Assembly: GCA_023135165.1 (NCBI GenBank)
Contig: JAGLTS010000013.1
Coordinates: 19,462-83,461, forward strand
DNA length: 64,000 nucleotides
Origin: Phycisphaerales bacterium
Lineage (GTDB): Bacteria > Planctomycetota > Phycisphaerae > Phycisphaerales > JAGLTS01
Direction: 5' to 3'
Shown one piece after another: positions 50,836 through 60,106 of the stretch. The notes beneath the pieces are model-generated. The model was not told the DNA's origin, searched no databases, and saw only the letters and a program-made list of their open reading frames with translations. Made by a program: the position numbers and the translations under genes. The first letter of the stretch is position 1, and every line of letters begins with the position of its first letter.

Positions 50836-51759
50836 CTACTCCTCGAACATGGCTTCGATGAATGTGTCGGGGTCGAAGGGTTGGACGTCGTCGAGGGTCT
50901 CGCCCAGGCCGACGAACTTGACGGGGATGTCCGTCTGCTCACGAATAGCGATGACGATGCCGCCCTTGGCTGTACCGTCGAGCTTGGCGAGGAACAGACC
51001 TGTGACGTCGATGGCGCGCTGGAACTCCATCGCCTGGCGCAGGCCGTTCTGGCCGGCGGTCGCATCGAGGACGAGCATCACTTCGTGCGGGGCACCGCCG
51101 ATCTGCCTGCTCGTCACATCGCGGATCTTGGTGAGTTGACGCATGAGCGGATCTTGCGTGTGCAGCCGTCCCGCGGTGTCCAGGAGCAGCACATCGACGC
51201 CGCGCGCGATCGCAGCTTGGCATGCATCAAACGCGACGGCTGCGGGGTCGCCACCCTCCTGACCCTTGACGATGTCCACGCCGAGCCTGTTCGCCCAGAT
51301 CTCAAGTTGTCGCACAGCCCCCGCGCGGAACGTATCGCACGCACCGAGCAGCACGGTCTGTCCATCATCACCGAGCGACTTGGCGAGCTTGGCGATGCTC
51401 GTCGTCTTGCCCGCGCCGTTGATGCCCGCGACGAGGATCACGGTCGGCCTCGTGTCAGCGAAGTGCAGTCTGCGGTCGGAGTCGGGCCAAAGCCGTTTCA
51501 GTTCCGCCTTGAGATACGCCAGGACATCATCGCCTCGCGTCATCTCTCCGGACTTGTGCGCCTCGCGGATGCCGTCGATGAGCCGGGTCGTTGTCTTGAC
51601 GCCGACATCCGCCTGGATGAGCTTCGCTTCGAGGTCGTCAATCAGCTCATCGCTGAGCGCCTTGCCGAGCAGCATCGACTTGAGTCCGCCGACAAACGTC
51701 TCTCGCGTCTTGCTCAGACCGGACTTGACTTTGGACAGCAGTGACTTGAGGAGCGCCAT
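50836..51759 (-). CDS. ftsY: Signal recognition particle receptor FtsY
   Basis: GLSKTR, GINGAGKTTSIAKLA, DTFRAGA, DTAGR, DATAGQN, KLDGTAKGG. Confidence 0.97.
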   Translation of the reverse strand: MALLKSLLSKVKSGLSKTRETFVGGLKSMLLGKALSDELIDDLEAKLIQADVGVKTTTRLIDGIREAHKSGEMTRGDDVLAYLKAELKRLWPDSDRRLHFADTRPTVILVAGINGAGKTTSIAKLAKSLGDDGQTVLLGACDTFRAGAVRQLEIWANRLGVDIVKGQEGGDPAAVAFDACQAAIARGVDVLLLDTAGRLHTQDPLMRQLTKIRDVTSRQIGGAPHEVMLVLDATAGQNGLRQAMEFQRAIDVTGLFLAKLDGTAKGGIVIAIREQTDIPVKFVGLGETLDDVQPFDPDTFIEAMFEE

Positions 51760-51812
51760 GTGCGGGGCCTTGGGGAATCGGAGTGGAGCGGTGTGCCGGG
51801 AATGCGAATCGG

Positions 51813-52910
51813 TCAGTCGCGCAACGTTCGCATGAGCTTGTCGAGCACGCCATTGACAAACAACGGCGACTGATCCGTACTGAAGCGCTTGGCCAGCTCG
51901 ACGGCCTCGTTGATCGCGACCTTCGGTGGCGTTCGGCCGGTCGTCATTTCATGGTAGGCGATGCGGAGGATGCAGCGATCGACGGTCGGCTGACGATTCG
52001 GCGGCCAATCCGGTGCAAGCTCCAGCATGATCTTGTCCGCCGCCTCGCGGTCTGTGAACGCGCCGCGCGCCAGTTCGTAGGCGATGCGCAGGTCGCCCTC
52101 GTCGAATCCTCCCATGTGAGAGAGGTCGGCACCCGGCTCGGCTGCGCCTTTGTGGTGCGGCAGGTCGTCATCATCGCGCTGCAGGAGCGAGAGGATCGCG
52201 AACGGCATGTTGTCCGAGACCGCCTCGGCATCTTCCTCGCCTCGTGAGTCGAGCTGATACAGCGCGAGAAGTGCGAGTTGACGGACTTGGCGAGGCGGGG
52301 CTTTAGATCGAGGTCGGCGCTGCGGCGGGGGAGCCGGTTCGGCATCGCCGGGTGTGAGATCCTCGCGACCGATCCTGGTGACCGGTTCGCGCGCCACATC
52401 CGCATGTTCGTCAGGTGCGTCCATATCTCGCCTTGTTCCAGTACCGGCCCGGACGGCGTCAAGCACGCCAGCCGTGTCCATCGCCGCAGCCATCGCCTCG
52501 GCGCCTTTGTTGCCCTTGTCGCCGCCCGCCCTCGCCTCGGCCTGGGCTGCTGTATCGCACGTGAGCACGCCGAACCCCACCGGAACGCCCGTCCGCAGCG
52601 TCATTTCCGTCAGGCCATGCGTAACAGATTGGCAGATGGCGTCAAAATGCGGCGTCTCCCCGCGGATCACACATCCCAGCGCGACGACCGCGTCATACGC
52701 CCCGCTCGCTGCCAACTCTCGGCAAGCAGCGGTAAGCTCATATGTCCCAGGCACTTGCACCACTGCGAGCCGCGCCTGGTCGCCTCCGCGCCGGACGTAC
52801 TCCGCCTCCGCACCGGCGAGCAACGGCTTGGTGATCCAGGCGTTGTAGGTCGAGACGACCACCGCCACACGGTCCGGATTCACAGCAGCGGGGTCGATTC
52901 GGTGTGTCAT
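51813..52910 (-). CDS. ribH-nusB: In-frame fusion of lumazine synthase (RibH) and antitermination factor NusB
   Basis: VPGTYEL, IRGETPHF, GFGVLT, GNKGAEA; linker; RQLALLALYQ, VDRCILRIA, PPKVAINEAVELAKRFS, FVNGVLD; no stop between the domains. Confidence 0.88.
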   Translation of the reverse strand: MTHRIDPAAVNPDRVAVVVSTYNAWITKPLLAGAEAEYVRRGGDQARLAVVQVPGTYELTAACRELAASGAYDAVVALGCVIRGETPHFDAICQSVTHGLTEMTLRTGVPVGFGVLTCDTAAQAEARAGGDKGNKGAEAMAAAMDTAGVLDAVRAGTGTRRDMDAPDEHADVAREPVTRIGREDLTPGDAEPAPPPQRRPRSKAPPRQVRQLALLALYQLDSRGEEDAEAVSDNMPFAILSLLQRDDDDLPHHKGAAEPGADLSHMGGFDEGDLRIAYELARGAFTDREAADKIMLELAPDWPPNRQPTVDRCILRIAYHEMTTGRTPPKVAINEAVELAKRFSTDQSPLFVNGVLDKLMRTLRD

Positions 52911-52983
52911 GGAGCGCATGCTACTTGAACCCCTGCTTCGCATCCATGCCGGTGGCTCGCGGGAACGTCGCTACGATGCGCCT

Positions 52984-53967
52984 ATGCGAGTCGTCCTTCG
53001 CAGACTGTTGCCTCTCTTGCACCTCACGCGGATCACCACCGCCTTTGCCGCGATCAGCAATGTGTGGTTCGTGATCCTCTGGACGAGGGAAGCCGGTCCG
53101 GAACTGGAGCCGGGCACTGCCGCGATCTGGTCGACCGATCTATCGCTCACATCGCTGCTGGCGACATCCGCGGTTGCGGCGGGAGGGTTGTTTGTCTATG
53201 GCATGGCGCTCAACGATGTGCTGGATGTCCAACACGACCGCGCATTTGCGCCACGACGCCCGCTCCCATCCGGCCAGCTTCGTATGGTCTGGGCGGTCTG
53301 CCTGGTCATCACAGCCCTCATGACGGCACTGCTCGGTGCGATCGTCCTCGGCACGTCGGCGCTTCTGCTCTGCATGCTCACTGCCGGCGCCATCCTGTTC
53401 TTCAACGCGGCTGGGAAGTTCATCCCTGCGGTCGGCCTGGTGTCACTCGGGCTGATCTACGCCGCCCACATGATGATCCCGAACTTCCAACTCCACTTCG
53501 TCTGGCCCGTCTGGACGGTGATGACACACGCGCTTGTTGTTGGCGCATGGACATACAGCCTTGCCGAGAAGCGGCCACTCATGAGCAGGCGAGGCGTGGT
53601 GGCGATGATTTTCGGCTGGGCTGTGTGGTCCTGCGTGCTCTTCACCGCCGCGTATCGCAGGGGTGGGATTTGGCCGGACTGGGTCGAGCCTGCCGCCGCG
53701 ATCGGGCCCGCGGTGCTCGCTCTGCTCTTTGTCTGGTACGCCATGCGAAAGGTGAGGAAGACGCCCTCTCGCACGCGCGCTGCGGAGAAGCTCGTTCGTT
53801 ACGGCGCGCTGTGGCTTGCCCTGTATGACACCGCATGGCTCTTCGGACAAGGGTACTGGAAACCCGCAGCCGTCCTCGGCATCGTCGCCTTGGTTGGTTT
53901 CATCGGCATGACCGTTGTTAGGGAACTGCTCAGCCTCATCGACCAGCCGCTCGAATATCGCAGATGA
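52984..53967 (+). CDS. UbiA-family prenyltransferase (EboC-like)
   Basis: GMALNDVLDVQHDRAFAPRRPLPSG Asp-rich motif, multiple TM helices. Confidence 0.8.
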   Translation: MRVVLRRLLPLLHLTRITTAFAAISNVWFVILWTREAGPELEPGTAAIWSTDLSLTSLLATSAVAAGGLFVYGMALNDVLDVQHDRAFAPRRPLPSGQLRMVWAVCLVITALMTALLGAIVLGTSALLLCMLTAGAILFFNAAGKFIPAVGLVSLGLIYAAHMMIPNFQLHFVWPVWTVMTHALVVGAWTYSLAEKRPLMSRRGVVAMIFGWAVWSCVLFTAAYRRGGIWPDWVEPAAAIGPAVLALLFVWYAMRKVRKTPSRTRAAEKLVRYGALWLALYDTAWLFGQGYWKPAAVLGIVALVGFIGMTVVRELLSLIDQPLEYRR

Positions 53968-54041
53968 CGATTGCACGGTCACTCGGCCGTACAACATCGT
54001 CATCTCAACGCAGCAGTCCGACGCTGCCGGAAATGCTTGTG

Positions 54042-54602
54042 ATGCCACACCCTACGCAGCTTCAGAACATGCTCGCCGGTCGGTTCTACATCCCCTCCGA
54101 TCCGCAGCTTGGTGCGATGCGCCGCAAGGCCCGCGGTCTGACCCGGCAGTTCAATCAAACGACCGAGACACAGATGGAAAAACGCACGGCGCTTCTCAGC
54201 GAGCTTCTGGGGGGCGCGGGGGCCGGGATTGAAATCGAGCCGCCGTTCTACTGTGACTATGGATGCCACATCTTCATCGGCGAAGGCGTCTTCATGAACT
54301 TCGGGTGCGTGATCCTCGATGCGAACGAAGTGCACATCGGCGATCACGTTCTGTGCGGCCCGTATGTGCAGATCTACGCAGCGACGCATCCGGTGGATCC
54401 GGCACAGCGGGCCGCAGGCCGGGAGCTGACCGCGCCCGTTCACATCGGCAGTCATGTGTGGATCGGAGGCGGCGCGATCATCTGCCCAGGCGTCACGATC
54501 GGAGCGGGAAGCGTCATCGGAGCGGGCAGTGTTGTCGTGAGCGACATCCCCGAGAACGTCCTTGCCGCGGGCAATCCATGCGCAATCCGTAAAGCGCTGT
54601 GA
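54042..54602 (+). CDS. Sugar (maltose/galactoside) O-acetyltransferase, hexapeptide repeat
   Basis: IEPPFYCDYG, ATHPVD, WIGGGAIICPGVTIG, AGNPC. Confidence 0.9.
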   Translation: MPHPTQLQNMLAGRFYIPSDPQLGAMRRKARGLTRQFNQTTETQMEKRTALLSELLGGAGAGIEIEPPFYCDYGCHIFIGEGVFMNFGCVILDANEVHIGDHVLCGPYVQIYAATHPVDPAQRAAGRELTAPVHIGSHVWIGGGAIICPGVTIGAGSVIGAGSVVVSDIPENVLAAGNPCAIRKAL

Positions 54603-54612
54603 TGTTTTTGCA

Positions 54613-55128
54613 TCACATGTTCTTGTACACGATGAGGGAGACAATGGCGCCGTAGTGGATCATGATGCTGAGGAGTCCGCAGATGATGCCGGTCCAGGCG
54701 TGGGCGGCGCCCTTGATGTGTGGATCCCTCGCGCGTCGGCGCAGGCCGATGACTCTCAGGATCAACCCCGCCGGGCCGAGTAGAAACCCGGTGCCCGGGA
54801 TGAGCGAGAACAGGCCGAGGTAGTACGCGGTCAGAGCGAATGGATTGCGATGCGGGATGAGCTTGGATATGGGATCATCATCGCCCACATGCGGCGTCAC
54901 GCCGGCCGAGATCGTCGGCGGTGCTTGGAGAATCGTCGCCAACCGCGGTTCGGAGAGGACCGATCGCACCTCGCCGCCATCCTCGGGCACGAGCAGCGCA
55001 TCGACGGGAATCCGCCCCTCGCTCGCCCAGCAAAGCACCAGATCCATTGCTGCCGGACCGAACTCTTGGCCATCCGCCAGCCGAAGCGTATACAGCATCA
55101 AGTCTGCTGTCCGCATTGAATCGTTCAT
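54613..55128 (-). CDS. GYF-like + DUF4190 membrane protein
   Basis: DGQEFGPA...WASEGRI; LIPHRNPFALTAYYLG...KGAAHAWTGI. Confidence 0.7.
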   Translation of the reverse strand: MNDSMRTADLMLYTLRLADGQEFGPAAMDLVLCWASEGRIPVDALLVPEDGGEVRSVLSEPRLATILQAPPTISAGVTPHVGDDDPISKLIPHRNPFALTAYYLGLFSLIPGTGFLLGPAGLILRVIGLRRRARDPHIKGAAHAWTGIICGLLSIMIHYGAIVSLIVYKNM

Positions 55129-55289
55129 GATGTGTTCGGTTATCTTGCCGCGACGCCCGGTGCCGGCGGCTGATCGGCTGAAAGCCGACCAGCGCCGAAT
55201 CACCGAACATTCGTGGGCCGCGTCTGCTCAGTATGCCCAAGCCGGGCCGTCATGGTGATGAGCCTCGCGCAGCCGATCCGGGCAAGCGG

Positions 55290-55796
55290 CTAAGACGTAT
55301 AGATGCCGCGCTTGATGCGCTTGATCTCGCCCCTGTTCATCAGCGCCATGATGGCCTGCGACAGGATGGCCCGCTTGTTCGTGCTCGTTGTGAGATGGCC
55401 GAGCTTACCGATGAGGTCATCAACGGAGAGATGTTTGCCCTTGAGTGCCGCCTTGACCGCATCGGGCATCGAGCCTCGACGGGCGCGCTTGCGTCCCGGC
55501 GCCGCAGCGCGTACGCGTGCGGGCGCAGCCTTGGCGCGCGGGGCGCGCTTCAGGCCGAATGCCTTGAGCTTCGCATTGATCTCATCAAGCTCGGTCTGCA
55601 GTTCCTTCTGCCGAACCACGAGTCGATGCGCCAGGCCTTGTTCGAGCTGTGCGACGGATGCATCACGTAGCACGGTCACGAGACGCGGGCCCTTTGGTCC
55701 GCCGCGCTTGGCGACCTTCTTGGCGACCTTCTTGGCGGGCTTCTTGACGGGCTTCTTGGTCATGCGTCGTTTCTTCGGAGTCTTCTTCTTTGCCAT
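55290..55796 (-). CDS. Highly basic putative nucleoid-associated protein (H1-like tail, coiled coil, winged-helix-like C-terminus)
   Basis: KKPVKKPAKKVAKKVAK repeats, RQKELQTELDEINAKL coiled coil, C-terminal EIKRIKRGIY. Confidence 0.75.
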   Translation of the reverse strand: MAKKKTPKKRRMTKKPVKKPAKKVAKKVAKRGGPKGPRLVTVLRDASVAQLEQGLAHRLVVRQKELQTELDEINAKLKAFGLKRAPRAKAAPARVRAAAPGRKRARRGSMPDAVKAALKGKHLSVDDLIGKLGHLTTSTNKRAILSQAIMALMNRGEIKRIKRGIYTS

Positions 55797-56431
55797 TTGT
55801 CATTCCTTCTTGCAAAAGAGTGGGGACAATCCAGTTCTTCACATGCACGCCGTACCGCCCACTTCAGCATGCCTGTCATCGAATGGTAGCACATACTAGA
55901 GTGGGCCGTCGAGTGATGAGCATATTCGGCAGGATGTCCTGCGCGGACCATGCCCTTCCGTATGACGTATGTCGGGCATGTAGCAATGCGGGCGATGCTT
56001 CACAAACTGCCCGATGGGCGCCGCATGCGGTCTCCAACACGGCGAACGGCGGTTCAACACCCAATGATCTCAGAGGATCATGTTCTTGGCACATCGTGTC
56101 CCGAGCTTGAGCATCATGGCGCGATCTACGCCGGCGAACGAGAGCGACGGGCCATCGCTACCGCATTGCACAGCACCATCGTCGTATACAGCGATCCGGA
56201 TTGATCGGGAGCGGTGATAGCGTCCGGATGAGTGCCTGCTCGGTATCGCAGGACGCATTCCGACCCGTTCCGATCAGGCGACCGTGCCGGAGTACACCCC
56301 TGAGGGGCAAAAGTGGACGTTCCAGCGTCCCCGGCGGGCACAAAGTCGCCCCAACCGGCTACCCTATTCCGCTCCCCGGCGCGTGGTGCGACGGGGCTCT
56401 GGTATTCCCGTGTTGCGAAAAGGTGATTTGG

Positions 56432-57982
56432 ATGAACTTCAAGATCGTATCCGCAGGTGGAATCGGGCTTCTGCTCACGGGATTGGTAGCGTCCGCAGCC
56501 GCACAGGACCAAGCGGAGCCGGACTTCACATCACTCCCGCCCAAGCCGGCTGACATTGAGCAGCAGGTTGTTACAAGTCAGGTGAGTCTCGCCCAGGCAG
56601 TGGCGACGGCTCAAGCGGAAGTCGGCGGGCTTGCCAAGTCGGCGGTGATGCTGCTCGACGAGACGCCGCCTGCCATTGATATTCTTGTCTACGCGGACGG
56701 CAGGGCGCATCGCGTGCTCGTCGATGCGATGACCGGTGAAGTGAGCGACGTCACCGAGATCCCGCGTCTGCCGGGCGAGCCGGCCGGCGATGAGTGGACC
56801 GAGACGGAGTCGGGCCTGAAGTACTACGACCTGCGCGTCGGCGACGGACCGCAACCCCCCGACGAAGCTTCGTTCGTAAAGACGCACCTCGCCATTTGGT
56901 TCGTCACAGGTGATCAGCTCGTCAACTCACGTGACCTCGGCGAGCCGTTCACGTTCGCGCTGAACCAGATTCCCGTCACAGGCTTGACGGAGGGCATCAT
57001 GGGCATGAACGTGGGCGGTCTGCGAAAACTGATCGTTCCGTACAATCTCGCATACGGCGAGCAGGTTGATCCGCGCCAGGGCATGCCGCCCAAAGCCACG
57101 CTCATCTGCGATGTCGAGTTGCTCGCGCTCGTCGACTACTCCAAACTGCCCGATGAACTGCCCGGCCTGCAGGTGGAAGGCGAACCGATCACAACCGACA
57201 GCGGTCTGATGTACTACGACATGGTCATCGGCGACGGGCCGATGCCGGAAAGTCGTAGTGAGCCCCTCACGCTGCACTTCCGGGGATACACGACCGACGG
57301 CACGGAGATCATCAGCACGTACGACCTGCTGAACGGCAAGCCGCAGGTCTTCGCGATGGATGGCATGTTCCCGATGTACCGGGTGGTTCCCGAAGGGTTC
57401 GCTGAAGGTGTGATGACGATGGCGGTTGGCGGCACACGCAAGCTGGTCATCCCCAATGACCTGGCATACGGCGAACAGACGACGCGAGGCATCCCTGCCA
57501 AGGCGATCCTCATCTTCGACATCCAGTTGCTTCCCACCGTGGACTACTCGACGATGCCCGATGTGCTGCCCGGCGAGCCGGTCGAAGGTGAACCCGTCAC
57601 GACGCTGAGCGGCCTGATGTACTACGACATGGTCGTGGGTGACGGACCGTCGCCGGCCGATCTGACGACCGAGGTCAAGGTGCACTACACCGGGTGGCTC
57701 AACGACGGCACGAAGTTTGACAGCTCATACGACGGCGGAACCGGCGAGCCCTCGCAGTTCGCGCTCAACAGGGTGATCGCGGGCTGGAAGGAAGGCGTGG
57801 CGAGCATGAGGGTGGGCGGCAAGCGCAAGCTCATCATTCCCTACGACCTCGGCTACGGTGAATCGGGCAGCCGAGACATTCCACCAAAGGCGCTGCTCGT
57901 CTTCGACATCGAGCTTGTGGAGGTCGTGCGGAAGGTCGACACCAGCCACGACATCCCGGCTGCACCAGGCGGCGGCGGATGA
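56432..57982 (+). CDS. Exported PepSY + triple FKBP-type peptidyl-prolyl isomerase
   Basis: Signal peptide; SLAQAVATA PepSY-like segment; three SGLxYYD..GDG...GGxRKL.IP..LxYG repeats. Confidence 0.9.
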   Translation: MNFKIVSAGGIGLLLTGLVASAAAQDQAEPDFTSLPPKPADIEQQVVTSQVSLAQAVATAQAEVGGLAKSAVMLLDETPPAIDILVYADGRAHRVLVDAMTGEVSDVTEIPRLPGEPAGDEWTETESGLKYYDLRVGDGPQPPDEASFVKTHLAIWFVTGDQLVNSRDLGEPFTFALNQIPVTGLTEGIMGMNVGGLRKLIVPYNLAYGEQVDPRQGMPPKATLICDVELLALVDYSKLPDELPGLQVEGEPITTDSGLMYYDMVIGDGPMPESRSEPLTLHFRGYTTDGTEIISTYDLLNGKPQVFAMDGMFPMYRVVPEGFAEGVMTMAVGGTRKLVIPNDLAYGEQTTRGIPAKAILIFDIQLLPTVDYSTMPDVLPGEPVEGEPVTTLSGLMYYDMVVGDGPSPADLTTEVKVHYTGWLNDGTKFDSSYDGGTGEPSQFALNRVIAGWKEGVASMRVGGKRKLIIPYDLGYGESGSRDIPPKALLVFDIELVEVVRKVDTSHDIPAAPGGGG

Positions 57983-58037
57983 CAGTGGTCCCGTACGGGC
58001 CTTGACGGCGAGTGGGGCACATGAAGAGGAGACGGCC

Positions 58038-60083
58038 GTGCAACACGATCGTGCAGGCAGGTTTGTCGCGCATTGTAGTGCGCTTGTCATCGCAGTTATC
58101 ACCGTGTCGCTCATCGCGCAGTCGAGCGCCATCGCGCAGCAAGGCTCCGCGATCGACGAGTGGCTCATATGGGGCGATGAGCAGATCCGGAAGATCATCG
58201 ACATCCCCGATGACAAGCGAACATTCGAGAACACCGTCCTGGCGATCGACGACATTCAGGTCCGCGTCGGTATCGAAACGGAAATGCTCCAGTTCATGCC
58301 CTACGTTTCGCCCGATCCGGCCGAGCGCGAGGCGGGTGAGCTGGCGATCGAGGCGTGGAGCGATTGGGACATCCGTTTCGAGAAAAACGAGGCGATCTAC
58401 TACGCGGTCAGGGCATACGCGGATACAAACCCAAGGCTTACGGGTGAGCGAGAACGCCTGCTCGATCGCATGATGCGCGACTACCGCCGTGAGGGCATGG
58501 ACCTTCCGGCGGACAAGCGCGACAGGCTGCGAGAGATTGAGCTTGAGCACACCAAGCTCTCCATCGAGTTCGACCGGAACATCCGCGATGACGAGACGAC
58601 GGTCCTGCTGTCCATTGACGAGCTGGACGGCGTGCCTGACGAGTTCATCGCCAACCTCGATCGCATCGGCGGTCTTGTCATGGTCGGCATGGACTATCCG
58701 ACCTACGGCCCGATCATGGATCAGTGCCGAAACGAGACGACGCGCCGGAAGCTCTGGCTGACTCGGAAACGCAGGGGTGGGCAGCGCAACGTCGATGTCC
58801 TCGAGAAGCTCATCAGGCTCCGTGCGGAGAAGGCCCACCTGCTCGGCTACGACAATCTCGTTGACTACAAGACGGAAGTGCGTATGGCGGGCAACGCCGA
58901 GGCGATTCGGGCGTTCTATGACACGCTTCGGCCGATCGTTCGCAAGAAGTCGCAAGTTGACTACGAGCAGTTCCTCCAGGCCAAGCGCGACTACACGCGG
59001 AATCCGGATACGACGATCCACACATGGGACTACGGTTTCTACCTGAACCTGCTCAAGAAGACCGAGTACGCGCTCGACGAGGAAAAGGTTCGGCCTTACT
59101 TCCCGCTCGATCGTGTGATCGACGGGCTGTTCTCAATCACGCAGTCGCTGTACGGGATCGAATACCGGGATGTCACCGCCGAAGCGGGAACGGCGGAGCG
59201 GCCGCTCTGGCATGAGGATGTGCGGCTGTTTGAGGTGTGGGACAAGGCGACCGGGCGAATGCTCGGCGAGTTCTACATCGATCTGCATCCGCGCCCCAAC
59301 AAATACACCGGTGCGGCGCAATGGGGGATCATCCCTCGCAAGGCATGGTCGGACGGCACGGTCAACACGCCGGTCGCCGCACTCGTGTGTAACTTCACCA
59401 AGCCGACTGCGGACAAGCCGTCGCTTCTGCAGCATGATGAGGTCGTCACGTTCTTCCATGAGTTTGGACATCTGCTGCACACGATCCTGACGGAAGCGGA
59501 TATCGCAGCGTTCTCCGGAACGCGCGTCGAGCTTGATTTCGTCGAGATGCCATCCCAGATGTTTGAGAACTGGGCATGGGACCGCGATGTGCTGCGAACG
59601 TTCGCCCGCCATTACGAGACCAGCGAGCCGCTTCCCGATGAACTACTTGATGCGATGCTCGCGGCGCGCAATCTCGCCTCGGGCATGGCTGCTGAGTTCC
59701 AGATCTTCCTCGGCACGGTCGATTTGGCGTACCACTCCGATCCGGACGGCGAGGTCGATACGACGGAACTCGGATTGCAGATCTACGATGACATTCTCGT
59801 CTGGGATGCTGTGCCCGGAACGTACTTCCAAGCCTCGTTCGGCCACCTGACCGGCTACGAAGCAGGGTACTACGGCTATCAGTGGTCGCTCGTGTACGCC
59901 TGCGACATGTTCCAACGGTTCAACGACGCGGGGCTGCTCAATCCCAAAGCGGGCATGGACTACCGCAAGAGAGTCCTAGCCAAGGGAGGAACGATGGACG
60001 GCATGGACATCGTGCGCGAGTACCTCGGCCGAGAGCCTGACACGGCTGCGTTCCTGAAGCATCTCGGCCTGGAGACCGAGTAA
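58038..60083 (+). CDS. Exported M3 family metallopeptidase (thimet oligopeptidase-like)
   Basis: DLHPRPNKY, FFHEFGHLLH, DFVEMPSQMFENW, GYYGYQWS. Confidence 0.93.
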   Translation: MQHDRAGRFVAHCSALVIAVITVSLIAQSSAIAQQGSAIDEWLIWGDEQIRKIIDIPDDKRTFENTVLAIDDIQVRVGIETEMLQFMPYVSPDPAEREAGELAIEAWSDWDIRFEKNEAIYYAVRAYADTNPRLTGERERLLDRMMRDYRREGMDLPADKRDRLREIELEHTKLSIEFDRNIRDDETTVLLSIDELDGVPDEFIANLDRIGGLVMVGMDYPTYGPIMDQCRNETTRRKLWLTRKRRGGQRNVDVLEKLIRLRAEKAHLLGYDNLVDYKTEVRMAGNAEAIRAFYDTLRPIVRKKSQVDYEQFLQAKRDYTRNPDTTIHTWDYGFYLNLLKKTEYALDEEKVRPYFPLDRVIDGLFSITQSLYGIEYRDVTAEAGTAERPLWHEDVRLFEVWDKATGRMLGEFYIDLHPRPNKYTGAAQWGIIPRKAWSDGTVNTPVAALVCNFTKPTADKPSLLQHDEVVTFFHEFGHLLHTILTEADIAAFSGTRVELDFVEMPSQMFENWAWDRDVLRTFARHYETSEPLPDELLDAMLAARNLASGMAAEFQIFLGTVDLAYHSDPDGEVDTTELGLQIYDDILVWDAVPGTYFQASFGHLTGYEAGYYGYQWSLVYACDMFQRFNDAGLLNPKAGMDYRKRVLAKGGTMDGMDIVREYLGREPDTAAFLKHLGLETE

Positions 60084-60106
60084 CGACGCGTTCGGCGCTG
60101 CGTCGA

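Noticed and set aside
55797-56431. Small ORFs or an RNA gene in the 635-bp divergent gap
   Set aside because: No convincing RBS, coding pattern or recognisable RNA motif; probably two promoter regions
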